Shown: one piece after another, positions 36,846 to 43,784 of the stretch
Layout: each line of letters opens with the position of its first letter
Position numbering within the stretch: the stretch's first letter is position 1
Source of the DNA: a virus
Lineage: Duplodnaviria; Caudoviricetes
Virus record (IMG/VR): IMGVR_UViG_3300015370_000024
Span: 1-43,784 of that record
DNA: 43,784 bases
Direction: 5' to 3' (one strand)
Made by a program: the position numbers and the translations under genes
The notes under the pieces: model-generated
What the model was told of the DNA's origin: nothing
The model's input: only the letters and a program-made list of their open reading frames with translations
Database searches by the model: none

Positions 36846-38614
36846 TAGCCCACCCCTGGCGGTCTCCCGCCCAGCGCTTCTTCCGGTATGGGTTGGTTTC
36901 CTGGTAAGACTGCCCCGCCAGCATTCGGACCGCCTACCATTTCAGGGCGGGATGTATTTACCGGCCCTTCTGGTGGTGCTCCGGGTGGCATTCCTTCGGG
37001 TGGAACTCCGGGCGGCATCCCGCCTGGGGGTACCATCCCTTCCGGTGGAGCTTCTTCGGGTGGTGGAGCTTGTAGCATCTGGATAAGCTGTGGAATTAGC
37101 GACTCCATGCCCATGTTGAAGGCGGCTACCTCCGCGCGTTCGCTCATCCAGTCATGTACCATCTTCGCGCTGTCCCTGATCTGCAATTCGTTATGGATCC
37201 ATTCGGTAGAGATAGGAACGTTCAGGTTAGACAATTGCGCCAATGCTTGTGCGGCCTGTACTTTATCTTGTGGCAGTTCTACCGTCAGCTTGACTTCGAT
37301 CTCTACATCGTCAAGTATTTCGTCCGGTTTCAGCCCTTCCCACTCGATATTTTCCTCTTTGAACAGTTCAAGAGCGTAGACAACCGCGTCGTGGATGACT
37401 TTCTTCTCCGCTTCTTCGATGTCGATCAGCGGCAATCTACCGCCTTTTTGTGCGGCTAAATAGCCACTATAGGCAGTATATTTCTCTATAGCTTCTCCAA
37501 GAGCCTGGCCTGAAATAGCGGTAGACTCTCCCATCTGTCCATACATATTATAGGCTTGGAACAACACACCGTCGAAGGCTTTATCGTCTACCAATTGCGG
37601 TTTGCCGTGCATGGACATGATACGAACTAGTCCCTCGTGGGTCACGTCTATCGCGTCATCCTGATAGCCGGGCTCCGATTTATTCCTCAACACCAAAGGC
37701 CCGCCGCCGCGATTGAAAATACTCGAAGCTATGACTGTCAATAATTCATCTTCGCGTTTGTGGATGTTAGACTTCCATTTACCATATAAGAACGGATTAC
37801 GCTTTTTGTTCTCTTCGTGGAATAACTCGGTGCCATCGGTCACGGATGTAAATCTTGGAATGTCGGGGAGTTCATGCTCCCCTCCAACAATTTGCTTTTC
37901 GTCGAAGTACACGCAGCGATAGACTAAATTCCAGTAATCGTTGACCACATAATCGTGGTCATCCTGCACGTCCATGATCCCCCAAGTTTCTTTGATCTCG
38001 ATACCTTTCATGGTGGTTTGTGTCAAATGTTCGCTTTTGCCGTTCCTGCCCCATACAGGATAGGCGTCTAGCGCGCTTTCGGTCTCGAACAAGAACGGCG
38101 TTTTCTTGCGGAGATGCTTGAGCCGCTTTACCAGAATCTTCTTTATTTTATTGTCCCCATTCTCCAACTCAGTTATCATGTCATCGACTTTGGTGACGGA
38201 TAAATTCATATCCGCCCATAACGCGCCGGAGAAAGACAACTCGCTCTCGTTGGTAAAGCGTAAACGTTCGTTGCTTGCCAGCCACCACTTATCAAGCACC
38301 TGCTCGATCTTGTTGGCATAACCCTTGTCATTACACTTCACGCTAAATTTGGGCTTGGTAGATTTTAGCAGCCTATGTAACCCGGTTATCTGGTCGCGGC
38401 TATTGGTGGAAGCGGTCAAACGAATATCATCCCCCCAGGCTTCCTGATTGTACCGAATGCCCAGGCTGCTGTTGCCCGCGTTCACATCGGTTTCAGCAAT
38501 CCAGAACATATCGGCCATAGCCTTGTTCATATTCTTGACCGCGCTTTGTGACGCTACGATCTGCCCCACCCTTGTCCTGATTTTCTCGAATTCTTCCAGC
38601 GGTAATAATTCCAT
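36845..38614 (-). CDS. Portal protein
   Basis: 589 aa, immediately after TerL; Pro/Gly/Met-rich C-terminal tail. Confidence 0.7.
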   Translation of the reverse strand: MELLPLEEFEKIRTRVGQIVASQSAVKNMNKAMADMFWIAETDVNAGNSSLGIRYNQEAWGDDIRLTASTNSRDQITGLHRLLKSTKPKFSVKCNDKGYANKIEQVLDKWWLASNERLRFTNESELSFSGALWADMNLSVTKVDDMITELENGDNKIKKILVKRLKHLRKKTPFLFETESALDAYPVWGRNGKSEHLTQTTMKGIEIKETWGIMDVQDDHDYVVNDYWNLVYRCVYFDEKQIVGGEHELPDIPRFTSVTDGTELFHEENKKRNPFLYGKWKSNIHKREDELLTVIASSIFNRGGGPLVLRNKSEPGYQDDAIDVTHEGLVRIMSMHGKPQLVDDKAFDGVLFQAYNMYGQMGESTAISGQALGEAIEKYTAYSGYLAAQKGGRLPLIDIEEAEKKVIHDAVVYALELFKEENIEWEGLKPDEILDDVEIEVKLTVELPQDKVQAAQALAQLSNLNVPISTEWIHNELQIRDSAKMVHDWMSERAEVAAFNMGMESLIPQLIQMLQAPPPEEAPPEGMVPPGGMPPGVPPEGMPPGAPPEGPVNTSRPEMVGGPNAGGAVLPGNQPIPEEALGGRPPGVG

Positions 38615-40041
38615 TAGTTCCTCCCGAACACTGCCACCATCGGGTTATCTACTTTCTTTTTCTTGGGCTGGCCTGCCAGTTCGATCCTGCGTTCGTTGGT
38701 CAATCCATACCTCAACGTATCGTAGGCGTGATCTTTCTGGGTAGTGTCCACATCTTCGAGGTTGTGTTGATCCGAAGCAAGGCTGCCCAACTCTTCAATT
38801 AGATTGTCACACGTATCGAAAACCTGCAAGCCTGGTTCCCCGTCCGGCAAATCTGCTAACAGATTGTTGATCTTGCGCTTGCCGCTCAATCTGTTGTTAT
38901 CGCCGCGTGCCAGTATTATACCCTCATTTGCATACTCGTCAGCAGTAGAAAATACTTCCCCAGCCCTGCTCTTTCTCTCCCACAAAGCCGGGTCAGCGTA
39001 GTGAATGAATATCAATTCAGACGGGGGTGACATATCCAGTATTTGCCGCGCCTGTTGCCTGTCCGTCAAATTCGCCTGGTACAACTCACGATAGACGAAT
39101 ATCCTCTGCGTGTCAGGGTCTTTGGTCAACCATAGAGTACAAAACGGACTGGCATAGCCCCAATCCGTAGCCCTCCATTTCAACCAGTTAGACGGTATTT
39201 CAAACGGCTTTACTACGTGCCTTTCCCTGTTCCACTCAGGAAACGCCATCCCTGCAAAGGCATCCCAATCCCCATCCCTCCACGCCTTCCTAAGCGGCCC
39301 GCTCAAACTATCCAACCACTCGTCATACTCTTTATTGATGAACGGGTTCTTGATATTGGTCACATCCAAAAAGCGGGTTTCCTTCTCGCGCCCTTCCCGG
39401 TGCGGCTCGATAATTCGCTTCTTGAACCACTGCAACCCCGGCCCGTCCGCGTTCGTATCTAAATACAATCTCGGCCTGAATCCCTTACTGCTCCGCAAGC
39501 TCCCCCGCAGTTTATCGAACTTCATCTCCCCAATCTGCGTACATTCCCCTACAGAGATAACGTCATACTCCAACCCCAGATACTTCTCGATGTCCTTATC
39601 GTCCTTGTACCCGCCAATAATGATCCTGCTCTTATTCGGAAACTCTACCCCGTCAGTTATTGGAGTGTGTGGAGTATAGCGAAATACGTTGTAACTAATA
39701 TCTTCAAGGCTCTCTTTACTCGCTCTCTGCAACTTGCGAATAAACAACGCTTTCAGTCGCGCAAAGCGTTGACAGTCATCTAACCCCACCTGCGCCATCT
39801 CTGTATGAGTTTTCCCCGGCCCACGCTTCCCGCCCATTGCTATCACCGTCGGCCCGTCATCATCGTCCGCTTCCCTGGCATACGCGTGAAAACGCAACAT
39901 CCCACCATCAGGCTCGATGATAGGGAAGTACCCGCCACGTATGAAACGCGCTATCTGATCCGCCGGACACCCAGCGCGCTTCGCCGCAACGAGTAATTTC
40001 TCTATCCGCGCGTCAGCTTTTATCCGGGCTGTGGTTTGCAT
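38614..40041 (-). CDS. terL: Terminase large subunit
   Basis: GGKRGPGKT Walker A, DWGYASP and DHAYDTLRY nuclease motifs. Confidence 0.93.
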   Translation of the reverse strand: MQTTARIKADARIEKLLVAAKRAGCPADQIARFIRGGYFPIIEPDGGMLRFHAYAREADDDDGPTVIAMGGKRGPGKTHTEMAQVGLDDCQRFARLKALFIRKLQRASKESLEDISYNVFRYTPHTPITDGVEFPNKSRIIIGGYKDDKDIEKYLGLEYDVISVGECTQIGEMKFDKLRGSLRSSKGFRPRLYLDTNADGPGLQWFKKRIIEPHREGREKETRFLDVTNIKNPFINKEYDEWLDSLSGPLRKAWRDGDWDAFAGMAFPEWNRERHVVKPFEIPSNWLKWRATDWGYASPFCTLWLTKDPDTQRIFVYRELYQANLTDRQQARQILDMSPPSELIFIHYADPALWERKSRAGEVFSTADEYANEGIILARGDNNRLSGKRKINNLLADLPDGEPGLQVFDTCDNLIEELGSLASDQHNLEDVDTTQKDHAYDTLRYGLTNERRIELAGQPKKKKVDNPMVAVFGRN

Positions 40042-40297
40042 ACCATTCCTCGGGAATGCTTATGATGTCACCGCACTTCTTACACCTGAGTTGTATTGCA
40101 ACAATGTTCAACTCCCAATTATCTGAATAGGGAATAGAGTATTCATTCCCACAAACACACGTTACCGCAATAAAAGCACATCGCGTTAATGAGCCACCGT
40201 TGACATAAAACATCGGGGGTGTTTCAAATTGTTTTGGCATTGCTGCATCCTTGTTCCAGCAGTAGCCTACAACGCTATCTCGTGGGTAGAACAACAT
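40013..40297 (-). CDS. Small Zn-ribbon protein
   Basis: CVCG...RCKKCG; overlaps terL start. Confidence 0.5.
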   Translation of the reverse strand: MLFYPRDSVVGYCWNKDAAMPKQFETPPMFYVNGGSLTRCAFIAVTCVCGNEYSIPYSDNWELNIVAIQLRCKKCGDIISIPEEWYANHSPDKS

Positions 40298-40574
40298 CCT
40301 TGCCGCCTTTCAAAAGTTGAGTTAGAAAATTCCGAAAGTTGAAAAAAGAAATACTTGCAGTACTGGTGTTGATGCTGCTGATGTTTTTACTTATACCCAT
40401 GCCCCTGCTACTCCTACTACCCATGGCTCTATCTGTCTGTCTGTGTGTGTGTTGTGTGTATGTATGTGGTTTAGGGGTCGGCTGTCGCTCGGTGCTGGGG
40501 TTGGCTGGTCTGGGTTGGGTCTGCATTTTGGGTTTGCGTTTGAGCGCTTACGGAAACTGCCATATACGTAAGTG

Positions 40575-41051
40575 TTATTTGCCATCTTCCAGCTGCGCCG
40601 GCTCGGCCACTACACCGTCCACGATCTCGCCGTACACGCGCTCGATTAGCTGATCCAGGCCGGTCACTTCTAGCTTGCCGTCCACCTCAGCCCGGAATGG
40701 GACGCGGCCTTCCAGCCTGTCCATCAACTCGCGGAACATCACGCCGTTGGGGTCGAACATTTGGCTGGCAAACACACGGAGAATGAGCACCCACTTCATT
40801 TGTACGTTTTTCGGATACTTCGCTATCTCGCGCCCCAGGTCGTTATTAACCCCGATGATGTCCACGATCTCATCCGATGTCATGTTGCCCACGCGCCGGA
40901 TGATACCGCTCCAGCTTTCGTCGTCCTTCGGCCTGCCTTTGGGGTTGCCGCTTTCGCCGGGCCGCCAACTGGCCGGGGTCGGTTTGCGCTTCTGCTGTTT
41001 TTTTGCTGTAAAAGTTGTGCGGGCGGGCGTAGTTAAGCTATCTACGCTCAT
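40575..41051 (-). CDS. Terminase small subunit-like protein
   Basis: WRPGESGNPKGRPK motif, LMDRLEGR; upstream of terL. Confidence 0.7.
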   Translation of the reverse strand: MSVDSLTTPARTTFTAKKQQKRKPTPASWRPGESGNPKGRPKDDESWSGIIRRVGNMTSDEIVDIIGVNNDLGREIAKYPKNVQMKWVLILRVFASQMFDPNGVMFRELMDRLEGRVPFRAEVDGKLEVTGLDQLIERVYGEIVDGVVAEPAQLEDGK

Positions 41052-41233
41052 CACAAATCCCTTTCCTCGACGCACCAAACACCTACCTTCTGCGGCATTC
41101 CCGGCTGGATGTACTCAGGCTGGTAGTTTGTGCATACGATAATGGTGGGTGGTGGCTGGCTGCCTACATATACGGCGAGCGCGATAGCATTCGCCACAAT
41201 CAGCAGGATGATGAGCCATGTATACCATTTCAT
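41051..41233 (-). CDS. Small membrane protein, probably leaderless
   Basis: TGTATAAT, 6 nt, then ATG 41233; N-terminal TM helix. Confidence 0.5.
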   Translation of the reverse strand: MKWYTWLIILLIVANAIALAVYVGSQPPPTIIVCTNYQPEYIQPGMPQKVGVWCVEERDL

Positions 41234-41278
41234 AGCTACATTATACATCAAATTTCAACGGGTGAATTGTAGGAAATG

Positions 41279-41342
41279 TGACATTTGTCATGTTGGAATA
41301 TGACATTTGTCACTTGCAATTGTATAACGGACGTGCTATCAT
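41279..41342 (+). promoter_or_regulatory. Tandem palindromic operators plus sigma70 promoter
   Basis: TGACATTTGTCA at 41279-41290 and 41301-41312; TTGCAA 41314-41319, 17 bp, TATCAT 41337-41342. Confidence 0.7.
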
Positions 41343-41455
41343 ATAGTCAGAAACAAACAACAGCACATTGACAACCAAATACCGGAACCGAAAGAGTGAC
41401 AACCCCCTGCAAGCAAGACCTTCGGGTGACAGGACAAGACCAAAGGAACCGGATA

Positions 41456-41524
41456 CCCCCCCCGATTACAGCAACAATCAGCTTATCACTCTGTGATAGG
41501 CTGGCATGTTCCTATAATCAAACA
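41456..41524 (+). repeat. ~70 bp direct repeat, copy 1 (expression module)
   Basis: C-run, GATTACAGC, hairpin CAGCTTATCAC/GTGATAGGCTG, CCTATAATCAAACAA, AGGAG. Confidence 0.85.
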
Positions 41525-41537
41525 AGGAGAAGATACG

Positions 41538-41732
41538 ATGACTGCAACATCTGTTAGAAAAGCAACCAGAACTGATGTACTCGAATGCAAACATACATAC
41601 AGATTGTTTGTCTACGCTGATGGTACAAACAAAATCGAAGATTGGATTTACGGCAAAGATGGCGCCTTAATCGCAATCAACGAATACCGAAATGTTCCAC
41701 AGCCCAACATTGACAAGATTTTCAACAACTAG
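41538..41732 (+). CDS. Hypothetical early protein
   Basis: AAGGAG RBS, ATG 41538. Confidence 0.65.
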   Translation: MTATSVRKATRTDVLECKHTYRLFVYADGTNKIEDWIYGKDGALIAINEYRNVPQPNIDKIFNN

Positions 41733-41780
41733 CCCACCCGTACCGATGATGACAGGCTATTAGTCGAAAAGGAGTTAAAA

Positions 41781-41996
41781 ATGTCACGCTGTCAGGAAAT
41801 CTCAGACGCAACATCATTTGATGCAGGTTCAAGATTCGAAACCGTGCAGGAAGTGCGCTCATATTTCACCGTCGAAAATATGAGCGCTATGTTCGGGGCA
41901 GATGCCGCTGAGCAATACCCGCTCTATGCCGATCAGGATGAGTTGACATCAATGGCAAACGATGTCATCGCAAACAAATGGCATTGCGATTTCTAA
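41781..41996 (+). CDS. Hypothetical early protein
   Basis: AAGGAG RBS. Confidence 0.65.
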   Translation: MSRCQEISDATSFDAGSRFETVQEVRSYFTVENMSAMFGADAAEQYPLYADQDELTSMANDVIANKWHCDF

Positions 41997-41999
41997 CAA

Positions 42000-42070
42000 C
42001 CCCCCCCGATTACAGCAGCAATCAGCTTATCACTCCGGTGGTAGGCTGGCGTGTTCCTATAATCAAACAA
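42000..42070 (+). repeat. ~70 bp direct repeat, copy 2
   Basis: Near-identical to 41456-41524. Confidence 0.85.
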
Positions 42071-42085
42071 AAAAGGAGAAATACA

Positions 42086-42352
42086 ATGAACGCAATCCAA
42101 ATCCTGTGTGACGGTACAACCAAAGCCGCAATCCTAATTCTGGAGAGCAAGGGGATCGAGAGAAAGTCTATCGATGCTGAAAGGCTATCCGCCGATCTTC
42201 GTGTCGCCCTTAAGGCTGAGATTGAAATCGCAATGGCTGAATGGAGAAAGGCCGTCGATGCTAATATGAACGAGTTATGGCTTCGCGAGTTGATGAATAC
42301 CCAGTGCAATCATATCGCCCTGCACGCCCTCAAGGCAGGCGAGTGGTTCTAA
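42086..42352 (+). CDS. Hypothetical early protein
   Basis: AAGGAG RBS, ATG 42086. Confidence 0.65.
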   Translation: MNAIQILCDGTTKAAILILESKGIERKSIDAERLSADLRVALKAEIEIAMAEWRKAVDANMNELWLRELMNTQCNHIALHALKAGEWF

Positions 42353-42366
42353 TCCCCAGCAGTCCC

Positions 42367-42485
42367 GTTTACGGGCTGCTATGGCCGATCCCGACCGGGT
42401 CCAATGTCATGCAGAATGACTAACCAAAAGCGGATGAAAGCAGAGTGATCCCGGTACACTCTGCGGGCCATAGGAACCCGTAAGC
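42367..42485 (+). ncRNA. Candidate multi-branched pseudoknotted RNA
   Basis: ~20 bp closing stem with three internal hairpins in an intergenic gap. Confidence 0.45.
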
Positions 42486-42537
42486 AAATCTATAAGTTGA
42501 GAGTGGTTCTCAACAAAAACAAAAAAGGAGAAATAAA

Positions 42538-42747
42538 ATGAACATCATCGATCGAGATACAGCCAAGGTTTTCCTCAATGCCTGCAAGGCGCGCCAAGTT
42601 GCGACGGCTGAAAATGATACTAGCCGCGTCGTCATGTACGAAATTGACCGCCTTGTAGACGGCGAGGAAATCACAGAGACATGGACTGAGAGGGAAAGCA
42701 AACTTGAGGAACCCGAATATTACTACGAGCTAAAACGCAAAAGCTAA
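42538..42747 (+). CDS. Hypothetical early protein
   Basis: AAGGAG RBS. Confidence 0.65.
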   Translation: MNIIDRDTAKVFLNACKARQVATAENDTSRVVMYEIDRLVDGEEITETWTERESKLEEPEYYYELKRKS

Positions 42748-42788
42748 ATCGCCTATCGTATCCTACTAGAATTAGACAGGAGAATGAC

Positions 42789-43013
42789 ATGCCAAAAGGA
42801 CGCCCCGCTAACCCCCAATTGCTCACGGATACCGTGACCGCCGTCCGCGAATTCAGGCAGGAGAACGGCTACCTGCCCAGCGTCCGCGAGCTGGCCAAGC
42901 TGTTGGGCCGTGCCACTTACTCAACCCACAGGCGATTACGGAAATGCGTTGACGCTGGCTTACTGCGCTATGCAAACGGCCACTACATACCAACCAAAAA
43001 CCCCTCAGCTTGA
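42789..43013 (+). CDS. LexA-N-like winged-helix DNA-binding protein
   Basis: F..ENGYLPSVRELA..LG....T...L......GLL; no peptidase domain. Confidence 0.7.
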   Translation: MPKGRPANPQLLTDTVTAVREFRQENGYLPSVRELAKLLGRATYSTHRRLRKCVDAGLLRYANGHYIPTKNPSA

Positions 43014-43023
43014 GGGGTTTTTT
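42996..43023. terminator. Bidirectional intrinsic terminator
   Basis: AAAAACCCCTCA-GCT-TGAGGGGTTTTT between convergent genes. Confidence 0.8.
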
Positions 43024-43139
43024 GATTTAACAAAGCAGCCAGCGGCGGGCAGGCCACTGGCTTGGGCAACACGACGCAACTGGGAAGTGCTGCTAATCGT
43101 GTACAGGTATTATACCCCGTAAATGGTTTTTTGCGTTAA

Positions 43140-43565
43140 TTATGATATACTTTGTATAGACGGCTGTCTATTTGGTGTAGTTGTCTTACAACTGTAAAAG
43201 GCAGAACCTATGCTGCCAGCCGCACAAGCCCCGCCACTAACGGGGTTTTGTGTTACCTCTGTGTACAATTTGCTAAATGTCTCCATGTTCCGCTCTAGTT
43301 TCCAGCGCCGATGATCGTTATGTATTTCGTTGAAGCGTCTTGCAATTCGACCCCGGTAATCATCACAGCCGCCAAATTTGCGCATTAACCTTTCTGTGGT
43401 TTTTAGGCTGGCGCCATGCGCATGAGTCCACCAACCGTACACCGTCATCCTGTCAACTTCTAACCCGTCCGCAATGTCGCTGATTGTCAGGCGTAAACGC
43501 GGTTCCGCGTATCTGTGCTTTAGCTCACGCTGGATCGTTTCGTGAAAACGATAGTCAACTGTCAT
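43140..43565 (-). CDS. Putative XRE-type HTH protein
   Basis: LTISDIADGLEVDRMTVYGW. Confidence 0.55.
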   Translation of the reverse strand: MTVDYRFHETIQRELKHRYAEPRLRLTISDIADGLEVDRMTVYGWWTHAHGASLKTTERLMRKFGGCDDYRGRIARRFNEIHNDHRRWKLERNMETFSKLYTEVTQNPVSGGACAAGSIGSAFYSCKTTTPNRQPSIQSIS

Positions 43566-43574
43566 AGTTAAGTT

Positions 43575-43784
43575 CTATTGTGGACATTCTACAAATATAG
43601 CATAGACATCATTATTGTAAAACAAATCCATGAATATATACCCATTAGGCTCTGTCACTTTGGCCGCCATGCCCACGCCAGGAATAGTCAATATTTCCAA
43701 TGGCCTGAAAACAAATCCAGGCCCCAAGTATGAGCGCCCATCAGCATTATTGCCCATGCTCGGACCGTAACGAATGTTAAGCCC
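43575..43784 (-). CDS. SH3b-like cell-wall-binding domain, 5'-truncated by the window end
   Basis: Frame is open to the window edge and reads GLNIRYGPS before the tracked Met. Confidence 0.55.
   Translation of the reverse strand, partial: GLNIRYGPSMGNNADGRSYLGPGFVFRPLEILTIPGVGMAAKVTEPNGYIFMDLFYNNDVYAIFVECPQ

Larger units (their letters stand above)
1..43784. mobile_element. Tailed bacteriophage genome (Caudoviricetes, podovirus-like organisation), near complete
   Basis: TerS/TerL/portal/scaffold/MCP/tail module, DnaB, RusA, holin-like genes, dense small ORFs; no host housekeeping genes; no tape measure recognised. Confidence 0.93.

Noticed and set aside
40275-40653. ORFs 40275..40526, 40339..40653 and 40391..40585
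   Set aside because: Translations reflect low-complexity DNA; no convincing RBS
41743-41769. Hammerhead-like CCGATGA-GAC...GTC-GAAA
   Set aside because: Core reads CCGA rather than CUGA, and stems I and III could not be built
1-43784. Integron integrase, other recombinase, transposase or reverse transcriptase (DGR, retron, group II intron)
   Set aside because: No ORF with tyrosine-recombinase R..H..R..Y, IS110 DEDD or RT YxDD context recognised; no TR/VR pair seen near the tail fibre
1-43784. tRNA genes or genetic code reassignment
   Set aside because: No cloverleaf with T-loop GTTCRA context found; long genes are intact under the standard code

Overview
The window reads as a near-complete ~44 kb tailed-phage genome with a podovirus-like layout. 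The minus-strand morphogenesis block runs TerS, TerL, portal, internal virion proteins (one of 2233 aa), scaffold, major capsid, adaptor, tail and tail fibre. There is also a DnaB replication module, two DNA methyltransferases, a RusA-like resolvase and holin-like genes. No integrase, tape measure, polymerase, RT, tRNA or CRISPR array was recognised. The main discovery is at ~13.2-18.75 kb: an integrase-less array of integron-type gene cassettes with 8 complete attC-like sites plus several broken ones. Its cargo looks like phage genes, and many ORFs read through the attC and encode Cys-rich modules in its loop. Five cassettes carry a ~75 bp 5' leader that is an antisense copy of both outer arms of that cassette's own attC. 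The leader co-varies base for base with its site and is fully complementary only across the junction of the excised circle. Secondary candidates are a C4/CI-like antisense RNA switch ahead of the replication genes, other structured ncRNA candidates, an Acb2/Tad1-like protein and an orphan Panacea antitoxin. All protein calls come from motif recognition by eye; no searches were run.
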